Positions 36,190-46,649 of a DNA stretch of 64,000 nucleotides are shown here, in pieces. Within the stretch, counting starts at the first letter, position 1; each line of letters begins with the position of its first letter. The translations under genes and the position numbers were made by a program. The notes under the pieces were generated by a model, which did not search any database, was not told where the DNA came from, and was given only the letters and a program-made list of their open reading frames with translations. The DNA is from an uncultured Gammaproteobacteria bacterium (GTDB taxonomy: Bacteria; Patescibacteriota; Patescibacteriia; Magasanikbacterales; UBA922), in contig CAZTEU010000001.1 of the NCBI GenBank assembly GCA_964612105.1, positions 4,047 through 68,046 of the forward strand. The letters run 5' to 3'.

Positions 36190-36615
36190 ATGACACTAGT
36201 AAGATATTCCCCCAATTGGGATCCGTTCGAAGAAATGGCGGAGCTAATGAGAGGTTCACACTCACGCTCATACATGCCAGCAATGGATATGTACGAAGAA
36301 AAAGATAGCATAGTTGTAAAAACACCACTTGCAGGAATTAATCCAGATAATGTGCAAGTAAGTGTGGAAAAAGGAGTGGTAACAATACAAGGAGAATCAA
36401 AAAAAGAACATGAGGTAGATGATAAGAACTATTACAGAAAAGAAATCAGAGGCGGTTCATTCTTTAGACAAGTAGTACTTCCAACTGCGGTAAAGGAAAA
36501 AGATGTAAAAGCGGAATTTGAGGATGGAGTACTAAAAATAACATGCCCGAAAAAAGAAGAAGAAAAAGCTAAACAAATTAATGTAAAAATAATCAAGAAA
36601 TCTAATAAAAAATAA
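36190..36615 (+). CDS. Hsp20/alpha-crystallin small heat-shock protein
   Basis: Alpha-crystallin domain; about 141 aa. Confidence 0.8.
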   Translation: MTLVRYSPNWDPFEEMAELMRGSHSRSYMPAMDMYEEKDSIVVKTPLAGINPDNVQVSVEKGVVTIQGESKKEHEVDDKNYYRKEIRGGSFFRQVVLPTAVKEKDVKAEFEDGVLKITCPKKEEEKAKQINVKIIKKSNKK

Positions 36616-36618
36616 TAT

Positions 36619-38580
36619 ATGTCAAAGATTCTAGGAATAGACCTTGGAACAACAAATAGCTGTATGGCTATAGTGGAGGGTGGACAACCAAAGGTATTAG
36701 AAAACAAAGAGGGGAACAGAACTACACCATCTATTGTGGCTGTATCAAAAACAGGAGAACGTCTGGTAGGTCAGCTAGCAAAAAGACAAGCTGTAACAAA
36801 TCCACAAAACACACTCCATTCTGTAAAGCGTCTTATCGGACGTAGAATTAATGATGCAGAGGTACAGGATGTGAAGAAACACGCACCGTACGAAATTTCT
36901 GCTGATGGCGAGCGTGTAAAAGTAAAAATAGGAGACAAGACTCACACACCACCAGAAATAGCTGCTATGGTATTGCAGAAACTAAAAGCAGATGCTGAAG
37001 AAAAAACAGGTGAAAAAATAGAAGAAGCGGTTATTACTGTTCCAGCGTACTTTGATGATTCACAGCGCCAAGCTACTAAAGCAGCTGGAGAAATAGCCGG
37101 ACTAAAAGTAAGTAGGATTATTAACGAACCTACAGCAGCAGCTTTTGCTTATGGTTTTGATAAGAAGAATGATCAGAAGATAGTGGTATATGATTTGGGA
37201 GGTGGAACTTTCGATGTTTCTGTATTGGAGATTTCACATGATAGTGAGGACAACGCTTCAACTGTAGAGGTTAAGGCTACAAGTGGTGATACACACCTTG
37301 GTGGTGACGACTTTGACAAGAAGATTATTGATTGGATATTGGATGAATTTAAGAAGGTAGAAGGAATTGACTTATCCTCAGACCCATTAAGTCTACAACG
37401 TGTAAAGGACGCCGCTGAGAAGGCAAAAATTGAGCTCTCAAGCACTCCGGAGACAGAAATCAATGAACCATTCATAACAAGCGGGGCAGAAGGTCCCAAG
37501 CACCTAAATCTAAAACTTTCCCGCGCTAAGCTAGAAGATCTTGTTGCGGAACTAACAGAAAAGACAATGCGTCCTGTAGAAAAGGCACTTGCAGACTCTG
37601 GATATAGTAAGTCAGAAATTGATGAAGTAATTCTGGTTGGTGGAATGACACGTATGCCATTGATTCAGAACAAAGTAGAAGAGTTTTTTGGTAAGAAACC
37701 AAATGTAAGTGTTAACCCAGACGAAGTAGTATCAATTGGTGCAGCAATACAAGCCGGACAGCTACAAGGTGACCTAGGGCAAGACATTCTTCTTCTAGAT
37801 GTTACTCCGCTTTCACTTGGGCTAGAAACATTGGGAAGTGTTTCTACAAAACTTATAGAAAAAAACACAACAATTCCAACAAGTAAATCACAAGTATTTT
37901 CTACTGCAGCAGATAGTCAACCAAGTGTAAAAGTACATGTGTTACAAGGAGAGCGTGAGATGGCAGCAGACAATAAGTCTCTCGGTAGATTTATTCTAGA
38001 CGGACTTCCACCTGCACCACGCGGAGTTCCTCAAATTGAAGTTACATTTGATATAGACGCTAATGGGATATTAAATGTTTCTGCCAAAGATAAAGGCACG
38101 GGAAAAGAGCAGAGTATTCGTATAGAGGCATCAAGTGGTCTTTCTGATGAAGAAATTGAAAAGATGAAAAAAGATGCGGAAGCTCACGCAGATGATGATA
38201 AAAAGAAACGTGAGTTAATAGATGTGCGTAACACAGCAGATACAATGGTGTATACTACAGAAAAAATGATGAAAGATGTGGAAGAGAAGAAAATAGAAAT
38301 TACAGATGAAGAAAAGAAAGCTGTAGAAGATGCTCTCACAAAGATGAAAGAATTAAAGGACGGAGAGGATTTAGAAGCTATCAAAAGTGCATCTGAAGAA
38401 CTCTCAAAAGCAGGTCAGGCAGTTGGTATGAAAATGTACCAGGCTGAACAAGCAAAAGCAGGGGAAGGTAATCCAGAAGCCCCAAAAGAAGGTGAGAATG
38501 AAGAAAAGAAAGAAGAGGCTGTAGAGGGTGAGGTAGTAGATGATTCATCTGCTGGTACAGATGAAGAAAAAAGTGCATAA
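36619..38580 (+). CDS. dnaK: Chaperone DnaK (Hsp70)
   Basis: [18 protein letters not shown], full length 653 aa. Confidence 0.97.
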   Translation: MSKILGIDLGTTNSCMAIVEGGQPKVLENKEGNRTTPSIVAVSKTGERLVGQLAKRQAVTNPQNTLHSVKRLIGRRINDAEVQDVKKHAPYEISADGERVKVKIGDKTHTPPEIAAMVLQKLKADAEEKTGEKIEEAVITVPAYFDDSQRQATKAAGEIAGLKVSRIINEPTAAAFAYGFDKKNDQKIVVYDLGGGTFDVSVLEISHDSEDNASTVEVKATSGDTHLGGDDFDKKIIDWILDEFKKVEGIDLSSDPLSLQRVKDAAEKAKIELSSTPETEINEPFITSGAEGPKHLNLKLSRAKLEDLVAELTEKTMRPVEKALADSGYSKSEIDEVILVGGMTRMPLIQNKVEEFFGKKPNVSVNPDEVVSIGAAIQAGQLQGDLGQDILLLDVTPLSLGLETLGSVSTKLIEKNTTIPTSKSQVFSTAADSQPSVKVHVLQGEREMAADNKSLGRFILDGLPPAPRGVPQIEVTFDIDANGILNVSAKDKGTGKEQSIRIEASSGLSDEEIEKMKKDAEAHADDDKKKRELIDVRNTADTMVYTTEKMMKDVEEKKIEITDEEKKAVEDALTKMKELKDGEDLEAIKSASEELSKAGQAVGMKMYQAEQAKAGEGNPEAPKEGENEEKKEEAVEGEVVDDSSAGTDEEKSA

Positions 38581-38645
38581 TGATAAGACATGTTGCCTCA
38601 CAGTATAATGTGGGGCAAACGTTTTAACATTAAGACAAATATATT

Positions 38646-39218
38646 ATGTCAAACTCCGACAAAGGGAGAGGAACAGGGCCAAAACCAGACGTTGGCCACT
38701 TCGCATCAGTAGAACAAAGAGATTTAAAACAAAGAATCACAGAATTCCAAGCGCACTTTAGGTCTCTTATTGAAAAAGTAAAATCTGGGGAATTTGCAGA
38801 TAAACCAATCTTGGACTTAGAAAACATGATTGATAATCTAGGGGAAAAAGAATTAAAAGTATGGGAACAGTATGAAAGTATGCTTGTGGGGATTGTCCGT
38901 CGTTTTGAAGGCGTGGAGCAGAGCGAAGAAGAGAGAAGTAGAGGCCACAAGGTAGTTAATCCAGACACCAATCCGCTGTACGAACATATTCAGAATGGCA
39001 CCACTGGTAATTTTAAAGAATGGGCAAGGAATAGGTGGGGAACCACAAAGACATTGCTGTCTGGTTATAGAGAATCAGATGATCAACAAGAAAAAGAAGA
39101 AATAGCACAAGATTTACTAACAGAAGCAAGACGTTATTTAGACGAAGATTTATATAAAAGCCTGACAGAAGTAGAAGAAGTGGGGGTGGAGGAAATAAGT
39201 GGGGATAGTGAAGAGTAA
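38646..39218 (+). CDS. Acidic hypothetical protein inserted between dnaK and dnaJ
   Basis: 190 aa. No motif. Glu/Asp-rich C-terminus. Confidence 0.4.
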   Translation: MSNSDKGRGTGPKPDVGHFASVEQRDLKQRITEFQAHFRSLIEKVKSGEFADKPILDLENMIDNLGEKELKVWEQYESMLVGIVRRFEGVEQSEEERSRGHKVVNPDTNPLYEHIQNGTTGNFKEWARNRWGTTKTLLSGYRESDDQQEKEEIAQDLLTEARRYLDEDLYKSLTEVEEVGVEEISGDSEE

Positions 39219-39235
39219 TCCAACAGCTAACAATT

Positions 39236-39511
39236 ATGTCCAAAGACTATTACAAAATCTTAGGTGTAGAAAAAAGTGCATCTCAAAAAGATATAAAGAG
39301 TTCGTTCTATAGTCTTAAAAAAGGAGTAGATCCTGAAAGTGACCCATACAAAGACCTATATCAGGCCTATGTGGTAATTAGTAATCCTAAACTTAGAGAG
39401 AAGTATGATTTATATGGAGAAACGTATGAAGATAGGCCGAAGAAATTTTCTGACTGGCTGTACGGAACTGGAATATCAGAGCTTGGGGATATAATAGATT
39501 TATTAGATTAG
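39236..39511 (+). CDS. J-domain-like protein lacking the HPD motif, derived from a duplication of the dnaJ 5' end
   Basis: The first roughly 50 nt are about 85% identical to the dnaJ start ([13 protein letters not shown]). The HPD position reads KKGVDPESD. Confidence 0.55.
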   Translation: MSKDYYKILGVEKSASQKDIKSSFYSLKKGVDPESDPYKDLYQAYVVISNPKLREKYDLYGETYEDRPKKFSDWLYGTGISELGDIIDLLD

Positions 39512-39513
39512 AC

Positions 39514-40605
39514 ATGTCCAAAGACTACTATAAAATTTTAGGCGTAGAAAAAAAAGCAACTCAAGAAGAAATTAAAAAGACTTTCAGAAAACTGGCTCAC
39601 AAATATCATCCAGACAAAAAAACAGGTGATGAGGCAAAGTTCAAGGAAGTAAATGAGGCTTACCAAGTTCTTGGGGACGAAAAGAAGCGCCAGCAATACG
39701 ACCAGTTTGGATCTAACTTTGACCAACAAGGTGGTTTTGGTGGTGGAATGGGCTGGGATGACTTCATGCGTGCAACAAGAGGTGGAGGAGGCTTCTCTGG
39801 TAATTTTGGTGGTGTAGATTTAGGGGATATATTTGGTGATATATTTGGATTTGGTGGACGCTCACGTGGAAACCGTAAAGCAAGAGGTCGTGATATACAA
39901 GTGGATGTTGAGATAGATTTCAAAGATGCTGTGTATGGCACAGAAAAACAAATACATCTTGCAAAACACAATGCTTGTAATGACTGTAATGGAAGTGGTG
40001 GACAGCCAGGATCTGGAACAGAAACGTGTAAAGAATGTAATGGACAGGGGCAAGTTATGCGTGTTCAGAGGACAATACTTGGTGCCATGCAGACAGCAAG
40101 TGCCTGCACAAGCTGTAGCGGAAGAGGACAAATAATTAAAGAAAAATGCAAAAAGTGCAACGGGCATGGTGCATTACGAGAAAATACAGAGATAAGTATA
40201 AAGATTCCAGCAGGGATAGATGATGGACAGTCCATTAGACTATCAGGAAAAGGGGAGTACCCTGGACAAGGCGGTGTGGCTGGAGATTTATATGTGCAAA
40301 TTCATGTAAAGGCAGACAAAAAGTTTAAACGCGATGGTTATGATATATTAAGCGAAACGACAATTTCATATCCACAAGCTGTTTTGGGTGACCAGATAAA
40401 AATACAAACAGTAGATGGTGAAAAAACACTTGTCATTCCTGCAGGAACCCAATCTCATCAGAAGTTTAGACTAAAAGATCTTGGGGTGACACACCTAAAT
40501 GGAAGTAGTCGTGGTAGTCAGTACATTACAGTTGTAGTGGATGTGCCCAAGAAAGTAAATAAAAAGACAAGAAAGTTGATTGAGGAATTAAAAAAAGAAA
40601 TATAA
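39514..40605 (+). CDS. dnaJ: Chaperone DnaJ
   Basis: J domain with HPD, a G/F region, and four CxxCxGxG zinc-finger repeats. Confidence 0.95.
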   Translation: MSKDYYKILGVEKKATQEEIKKTFRKLAHKYHPDKKTGDEAKFKEVNEAYQVLGDEKKRQQYDQFGSNFDQQGGFGGGMGWDDFMRATRGGGGFSGNFGGVDLGDIFGDIFGFGGRSRGNRKARGRDIQVDVEIDFKDAVYGTEKQIHLAKHNACNDCNGSGGQPGSGTETCKECNGQGQVMRVQRTILGAMQTASACTSCSGRGQIIKEKCKKCNGHGALRENTEISIKIPAGIDDGQSIRLSGKGEYPGQGGVAGDLYVQIHVKADKKFKRDGYDILSETTISYPQAVLGDQIKIQTVDGEKTLVIPAGTQSHQKFRLKDLGVTHLNGSSRGSQYITVVVDVPKKVNKKTRKLIEELKKEI

Positions 40606-40652
40606 ACAATAATTATTGGATTATCCACAGATGATACAGAATTTTAGCAGTT

Positions 40653-40680
40653 AAATGAGTGCAACTTCACTCATTTTTTG
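40653..40680 (+). terminator. Terminator after dnaJ
   Basis: AAATGAGTGcaacttCACTCATTTTTT. Confidence 0.55.
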
Positions 40681-40689
40681 ATAATATAA

Positions 40690-41040
40690 ATACAACTTCA
40701 ACCCATAACCGGAGACCTACTCCATGCCACCAGGACTAGTAAGAGACTACTCGTTCAGACCAACAGCAATGCACAGGAAGTGCATGATGCAGGGATGTCG
40801 AGGATCTCGAGGGGGGTGTGTGCATTGCAGACACACTGGCTTCAAGCTTTCAAAGTCGGAGATTCGAGAGATCGATAATTCCGAACGGAGAAGCAGAAGG
40901 CGGCGTCGAATGCGCTAGACCCATGGTTCCAGGCAAAAACAACTAGTGGGGTTGAAGATGCAAAAGGACATTGTTTCGACCCCGACCTTTTACTTTGATT
41001 ACTCAATGTAAAAGTTAGGGGATAGGTCGAAGCAAACATA
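40690..41040. other. About 350-nt noncoding region with moderately elevated GC and several hairpins; candidate ncRNA
   Basis: No convincing ORF; the 64-aa ORF 40724..40918 is Arg-rich and low-complexity. GTGTGTGcattgcagaCACACT and TCGAGgatcTCGA stems. Ends at the AAAGAACCCGGttGGGTTCTTTTTTT terminator (41041..41066). Confidence 0.25.
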
Positions 41041-41064
41041 AAAGAACCCGGTTGGGTTCTTTTT

Positions 41065-42567
41065 TTACATGAATTTTGGTAGCTTTAGTCTGTGGAACAC
41101 CCTGTACAGTATAGTTATGGTGCGATCGAATATATTTGGAGGTTTCATAATATATGTAGCAGAAAATACTACAAATAGTAGTCCAAACACGTGAAATAAT
41201 GCAGGTGCTGTAATGTTCATAACTAGAAAACTTACCAGCCCTGCCAATAAACCAACATAAAAATCATGGTAATCAGCAACAGACCTAGTTTTCTGTATTA
41301 ATTGAAAGGCTAGTAGTAGCAATATAACTATGTATGTTCCGGCACCAAGCAGTCCAAGTTCTGTCCACATTTCTAAATACCCCCAATCAAACTGATTTGT
41401 TTCTTTAAGCTCGAGTGTAGAAGGGTCTGTATACTTTACTGTTGCACCAAGTCCATGACCAAAGAAAGGTCTTTCTTCAATCTTTCTCAAGATTGGATCT
41501 AGTAGTGTCATGCGTATGTTAGAACTTGTCTCGATTGTTGGAGAGGAAATACTCAATAACCTTACCCCAAACAATTGCCAACCTGTAGAGGTAAGATTGC
41601 TAGCGACAAGGCTTATACATGTGAAAGAGGCAATAAGTAGAACTATTAAAAATGCACACTCTTTTATCCACTCAATGATCTTATGTTTCCATAATAGAAC
41701 TATAAGCCCAGCACCAAGAGCAAGGAAATAACCACGTGAAAGATTAAGTGCAAGTACTAACATGCAAGAGAACAGCAAATATCTCCACAATGTGTGGTGC
41801 TTTTCATCACGCATTAGTAGTGATGCTATGATTAGTGAGATAGGAACCATTAATAGATGTTCCGGTAGAACTACCCTAAAAAAACCATTACCCATATCTG
41901 TAATTTTACCCATTGATATGTTTCTCAACCATGCATAGAAATCACCATGTATAGAAGCTAAATCAGCTGAGAATGTTATAAATATTATAAGTGATAATAT
42001 AGCCGACCCAATGATGAATACAGTTAGTAATCTTACAAGATATTCATGTGAGTCTTCCTCCTGAAACAGATGATATGCTGGTAGTAATAAGATTAAATAC
42101 ATGTATGGAACAATGTCTTGCGCTATGTTAATGACATTGTGTCCATTCCAAAAACCAAGTCCAATAGCTACTATTAAAAATATGAAAAACGGAAACCCTA
42201 TATAATAAGCACTATTACGTATATGTAACCTCTCCCTGAGATTTTTATTTGCAAGTGTTTGTGATGCCCAAAGCATCAAAAATATAATTGTAAGTACACT
42301 CCTTAAAGATAGTCCCAATAAATCAAGAAAATGCCCAGCTCCACCAAGTAGTATTTCACCAATAAGGACGTACCAAGCCCACTTTGGATTTTCATAATAC
42401 AAAATTCCGAAAGCCATTATTACAAGGAACATGAGTATTCCCTGTGCAATAGGATGATCTACAATAAACCAGGATAGTAATCTTAACCCAAAAAAAGCAA
42501 AAAACAGCCAAAGCGTCTGCCTATCAAAAAAAATAGATTTGGATGTAAGCCTAAATTGATAAAACAT
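41065..42567 (-). CDS. O-antigen ligase / Wzy_C-like polytopic membrane protein
   Basis: 12 or more TM helices with a periplasmic loop FFGHGLGATVKY. Confidence 0.45.
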   Translation of the reverse strand: MFYQFRLTSKSIFFDRQTLWLFFAFFGLRLLSWFIVDHPIAQGILMFLVIMAFGILYYENPKWAWYVLIGEILLGGAGHFLDLLGLSLRSVLTIIFLMLWASQTLANKNLRERLHIRNSAYYIGFPFFIFLIVAIGLGFWNGHNVINIAQDIVPYMYLILLLPAYHLFQEEDSHEYLVRLLTVFIIGSAILSLIIFITFSADLASIHGDFYAWLRNISMGKITDMGNGFFRVVLPEHLLMVPISLIIASLLMRDEKHHTLWRYLLFSCMLVLALNLSRGYFLALGAGLIVLLWKHKIIEWIKECAFLIVLLIASFTCISLVASNLTSTGWQLFGVRLLSISSPTIETSSNIRMTLLDPILRKIEERPFFGHGLGATVKYTDPSTLELKETNQFDWGYLEMWTELGLLGAGTYIVILLLLAFQLIQKTRSVADYHDFYVGLLAGLVSFLVMNITAPALFHVFGLLFVVFSATYIMKPPNIFDRTITILYRVFHRLKLPKFM

Positions 42568-42576
42568 GTACGTGCA

Positions 42577-43494
42577 TTAAACTAAAACTGCACCATCAAA
42601 GTTTTTTATTCCATTAGCAAATGTTTCCGCATCCATTTTTGTTTTACCTTCAAGTTGTAACTTTTCAACAAGAATAGATCCATTTGCACAACCAATCTCT
42701 ATTGTACCATGTTTTACACTCACTGCGCCAGGTGAAATAGTCCTTTTTCCTGGTTTTATTTTAAGAAGTTTGATTCTTTTGTCATTCCAAGAAGTCCATA
42801 CTCCAGGCCATGGAGTCAGTGCACGATACTGATTATATATTTCTAAAGCATTTTTATTCCAATCAACTTTTCCGTCCTCACGCACAAATCGCTTACACAC
42901 CTTAGACTCACTGTCATTCTGTGGAATTCTGGTTAACTCACCTCCAATATATTTTAATAGAGTATTTGGTAGTATATTTATTGCTTCGGTTGCCAATTTA
43001 TTTTCTATATCCGAAAACATGTCATTTTCATCTATAGAAACCTTTGACTGCACCAGAATATCCCCGGTGTCCATTCCCTCATCCATAACCATAATTGTGA
43101 TGCCGGTTTCTTTTTCACCATTCAATATTGCTGATTGTATAGGCGATGCCCCTCGATATTTTGGCAATAGAGACGTGTGAACATTTACAACACCATGTTT
43201 TGGAGATTGTAGTATAGAAGTTGGAATCATCTGACCGTATTGCGCAAGTATTGCTATATCGAATTCAGTTGGAAGATTATAATTCTTAATTACTTTTGGC
43301 TGTTCCACTTTTATATTGTGCTTCTCTGCAAGTATTTTTATGGGTGGAGACTGTATTTCCTTTTTTCTTCCTACAGGTTTGTCTGGTTGTGTTATAACTA
43401 AACTAATATTAATTTCTGGACTGTCTATAAGTCCCTCTAAAATTTTTACTGCAAAATTGTGTGTTCCAATGAACACTGCATTTATCTTTCGCAT
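42577..43494 (-). CDS. fmt: Methionyl-tRNA formyltransferase (start probably at MRKINAVFIG)
   Basis: HTSLLPKYRGASPIQSAILNGEKETGITIM. Confidence 0.85.
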   Translation of the reverse strand: MRKINAVFIGTHNFAVKILEGLIDSPEINISLVITQPDKPVGRKKEIQSPPIKILAEKHNIKVEQPKVIKNYNLPTEFDIAILAQYGQMIPTSILQSPKHGVVNVHTSLLPKYRGASPIQSAILNGEKETGITIMVMDEGMDTGDILVQSKVSIDENDMFSDIENKLATEAINILPNTLLKYIGGELTRIPQNDSESKVCKRFVREDGKVDWNKNALEIYNQYRALTPWPGVWTSWNDKRIKLLKIKPGKRTISPGAVSVKHGTIEIGCANGSILVEKLQLEGKTKMDAETFANGIKNFDGAVLV

Positions 43495-43495
43495 A

Positions 43496-43999
43496 TTATA
43501 CAGATACAGCAGGCTTCTTATCTGACGGATCCACTGTGTACACATCCTTTGCTTTATCTACAAACAGAATTCCATCAAGGTGATCTACTTCATGTTGAAC
43601 AACTCTTGCAAAGAAGTTTTTTGCTACAAATGTAATCTCTTTTCCTTCTTTGTCTAGTGCACTCACTGTAATGTCTTTATATCTTTTTACTTTTCCATAA
43701 GTATATGGAACAGATAAGCAACCTTCGGCATCCCACACAGTTTTACGGCTGTTCTTCTCCCACACCGGATTAAATAAAACTAAATCTTTCTTTAGGCTTT
43801 TATCTGCCTCTTTTCCAATAATACACAATCTAATATTCTTTCCAACTTGTGGAGCAGCAAGACCAACGCCATCATCTTCATACATTGTTGGTATCATTTT
43901 AGAAATCAGTGTTTGTGTTTCATCAGACAACAAAAAATCACGATCTACCTCTATAGAACGCTCCCTAAGTGATTTTGTTGGTGATTTTAATATTTCCAT
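43496..43999 (-). CDS. def: Peptide deformylase
   Basis: GVGLAAPQVG, EGCLSVP, HEVDHLDG. Confidence 0.9.
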   Translation of the reverse strand: MEILKSPTKSLRERSIEVDRDFLLSDETQTLISKMIPTMYEDDGVGLAAPQVGKNIRLCIIGKEADKSLKKDLVLFNPVWEKNSRKTVWDAEGCLSVPYTYGKVKRYKDITVSALDKEGKEITFVAKNFFARVVQHEVDHLDGILFVDKAKDVYTVDPSDKKPAVSV

Positions 44000-44000
44000 T

Positions 44001-45854
44001 TTATCTGTTTAGTAATCCATTTGGGTGCGGATCCACTTTCCAGGCATCTGGTATCATTTCGTTTAGCCAGTTCAGATTACTCTTCCACAAAAGCGCATCC
44101 GATTTAACAACTATAGTATACCAAAACTTTCCTCTGTAGTAACCTGGGTGCATTTCTACAGGATGTAACATCTTAATACTTTTTTTCTCTTTTGTCAATG
44201 CTTGCGATATCTTTTGGTAAATCTTGTTGGTATGTTCTTTTGCTAATTTTGGATTTGCATTTCCATAAAAATATCTAACCAGGTAACTGTAAGGGGGGTA
44301 TAGCAGGGATCTTCTTAGGTTTAAATCTGTCCTATAGAACCTGTCAGGCTCATATATTGACCGGAATAGAATATGATCTGGAGAACTTGTTTGTATAATT
44401 AGTTGGGTATTACTTTTTTTATAATAAGAGAGTGTAGAAAGTATGTGCCAAGCATTTTCTGCTGAATAATACTCTGGAATATGTAATTGTTGGTCAATAT
44501 TCACAATAATAATAGCATCCAACTCATCTAACTTAATTTGAGAAAGTGCTGAGCCTGTCCCTACAAATATTATTGGATTGTCACTTTTTTTTATTTCAAC
44601 ATCTTTATCAACACAAACAACCTCTCTTAGGTCTCCTTTATTTTGTAATTCTCTAACTGTGTGAGCAACCTTCTCTATACCTACACCATGTAATTTCATA
44701 GTACCAAACGTACAGGATGGGCATGATGTATGTAAAGTAGAAATTGTCTTGCAGTAATTACATGAGACTTTTCCTGCTTTATAAAAAATCATGGGTAATT
44801 CACACTGCTTGCACCTGTGAGTGTAGCCACATTTATTACACTTCATAGACGTGGCATATCCCTTTCTATTCATGTACAGAAGTATATTCCCCTGTGTTTC
44901 TCTAATGATATTCTGTGCACGGTTTGAAAGAGGGGAGTAGTTTTGCCCAAATCTCTCAGCATTCATATCTTCCACCTGAGCATTTATGTTTCTAAGTTTT
45001 ATATCCTGCAACTTGTCAAAATACCCCTTATGAATTGCAAAGTATGACTCTAAACTCGGGGAGTAACTCATAAAATGCAGTTTTGCACCATATTCCTCAG
45101 ACAGTATTTTTACTACATCGTGTACATGAAATCTTGGTGCTTGGTCCCAATGCTTGTGCTCCCTGTCATGCTCATAATCAATCACAATGCTATTTATCTC
45201 CTGTAAAGGAAGGAATACAGCACTACGGGTTCCAATTATTACTGAATAATCATTATTCCTAATTCTTATCCAGTTTGTAAATTTGTCTTTTTGAGAAAGT
45301 TCTGAATGCCATAGAACAGTTCTACTTTGCTCTTCTTTTGTAAGTAGATTATATGCAGAGGAGATCTTAGAAATCTCTGGAACAAAAATCAATGTTTTGT
45401 TAGTAACTGTTTTAGAATAGGTAGTCCTGTGTTCATCTTCATCAACATACAGATGGTATGTTGGTAATTTATTTTCAATTAAGTTGTCCGCTGTGCTTTG
45501 AGGGCTATCTGTAATATCAATTTTGCCTAGCTTTCTTTTTTGTAATGGAGGTAGCATCATTCTAGTAATGACAGATGGTGACACTTTGTATAATTTGGAG
45601 AGTGTTTTTATTAGGTATAATTGTCTGACAGACAAAAGCGTACTTTCTTGAACTATACCTAAAATTTCTTTTGTATTATTACTACGCTCTTTCTCTGCAA
45701 AGTCAAAAACAAGTCCTAATATTTGGGACTTGCGAAATGGTATATTTACCAGCTGTCCTTTTTTTATTTTGTTCCTCAGGCTATCTGGAACTCTGTAATC
45801 AAAAAAACTTATGGACGCAGGCAGGCGACGAATTGGAATTACTTGGACAACCAT
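44001..45854 (-). CDS. priA: Primosomal protein N' (PriA) homolog with degenerate helicase ATPase motifs
   Basis: N-terminal 3'-DNA-binding domain (VVQVIPIRRLPASISFFDYRVP). CxxC...CxxC zinc ribbon. Walker A GVTGSGKTEVY is replaced by YVDEDEHRTTY, and the DEEH box by DYEH. Confidence 0.7.
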   Translation of the reverse strand: MVVQVIPIRRLPASISFFDYRVPDSLRNKIKKGQLVNIPFRKSQILGLVFDFAEKERSNNTKEILGIVQESTLLSVRQLYLIKTLSKLYKVSPSVITRMMLPPLQKRKLGKIDITDSPQSTADNLIENKLPTYHLYVDEDEHRTTYSKTVTNKTLIFVPEISKISSAYNLLTKEEQSRTVLWHSELSQKDKFTNWIRIRNNDYSVIIGTRSAVFLPLQEINSIVIDYEHDREHKHWDQAPRFHVHDVVKILSEEYGAKLHFMSYSPSLESYFAIHKGYFDKLQDIKLRNINAQVEDMNAERFGQNYSPLSNRAQNIIRETQGNILLYMNRKGYATSMKCNKCGYTHRCKQCELPMIFYKAGKVSCNYCKTISTLHTSCPSCTFGTMKLHGVGIEKVAHTVRELQNKGDLREVVCVDKDVEIKKSDNPIIFVGTGSALSQIKLDELDAIIIVNIDQQLHIPEYYSAENAWHILSTLSYYKKSNTQLIIQTSSPDHILFRSIYEPDRFYRTDLNLRRSLLYPPYSYLVRYFYGNANPKLAKEHTNKIYQKISQALTKEKKSIKMLHPVEMHPGYYRGKFWYTIVVKSDALLWKSNLNWLNEMIPDAWKVDPHPNGLLNR

Positions 45855-45855
45855 G

Positions 45856-46647
45856 TTAGAAAACGAACTGTCCTGTAAGATAACCAACCCCAAATGGATG
45901 TTCGTAACACAACAGCTCAAATTTATGGTTCATGTTATGTAGTATGCCAGAACCGATTAGCATGGTGCGATATCCAGTCTGATCTGCATTCTTTATAACA
46001 GATGGCTTTATTAACAGAAGATCTTCTAGCTTGCTTGTCTGCAATGCTTCTATAACAGCCTCATCGAATACCTCACCATCTTCATGATAGCCACCCGGAG
46101 CATCCTCTGTCAATGTGTGAGATAGTACGCTGGAGATTATTACAGCTATTCTTTTTTCAGATGACAGTATTGATTCCTTCAATAATTTACCAAATTTTAC
46201 GTGTTCTTCAGGTGATAAATCACTAAATCCAATGGGTAAAACATGTACATCACTCATTTCTGACGCTAAAAGATGTAGTGGAACAGAACAACCTAAACAT
46301 AGAGGATCTTGAGAATCTAGTTGTACTTTTACATCGTGCTCACTTGCTTCATGAGCTATTTTTGATGCCAGTACAGGCTCTCCTTTCCAACTCTCTGAAA
46401 CATTTACATTACCAAACGAGGAAAAGTCTGTGCTAAACTCTTCATGAGCATTTATTGTAAATGAATTCTCATGTAATCCAGCATGTGGTGATAGCACAAC
46501 AATAACATCTGGCTTAGAAGCTTCTAATTTTTCCTTAAGTGCTGTAATTGCTTCGTGTGTTTTTGTAAGTTTTTCTTGTTGCTCCTTTCCAATTTCTGGA
46601 ATAAGAAGAGGGGAGTGTGGTATTACTGCTGTGAATACAAGTGACAT
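45856..46647 (-). CDS. LigB-family (class III extradiol dioxygenase / Memo-like) protein
   Basis: AVIPHSPLLIP and VLSPHAG His motifs. Confidence 0.4.
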   Translation of the reverse strand: MSLVFTAVIPHSPLLIPEIGKEQQEKLTKTHEAITALKEKLEASKPDVIVVLSPHAGLHENSFTINAHEEFSTDFSSFGNVNVSESWKGEPVLASKIAHEASEHDVKVQLDSQDPLCLGCSVPLHLLASEMSDVHVLPIGFSDLSPEEHVKFGKLLKESILSSEKRIAVIISSVLSHTLTEDAPGGYHEDGEVFDEAVIEALQTSKLEDLLLIKPSVIKNADQTGYRTMLIGSGILHNMNHKFELLCYEHPFGVGYLTGQFVF

Positions 46648-46649
46648 AA

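Noticed and set aside
35798-36328. Minus-strand ORFs inside the grpE and hsp20 region (35798..36328, 35908..36153)
   Set aside because: They are antisense to conserved chaperone genes, with a Leu/Ser-rich low-complexity translation.
40690-41040. tmRNA assignment for the dnaJ-downstream noncoding region
   Set aside because: GGGGTTGAAG and GATTCGAG loosely recall E. coli tmRNA segments. But there is no T-arm plus acceptor 3' end, and no tag reading frame ending in a hydrophobic tail followed by a stop. The evidence is too weak to call.
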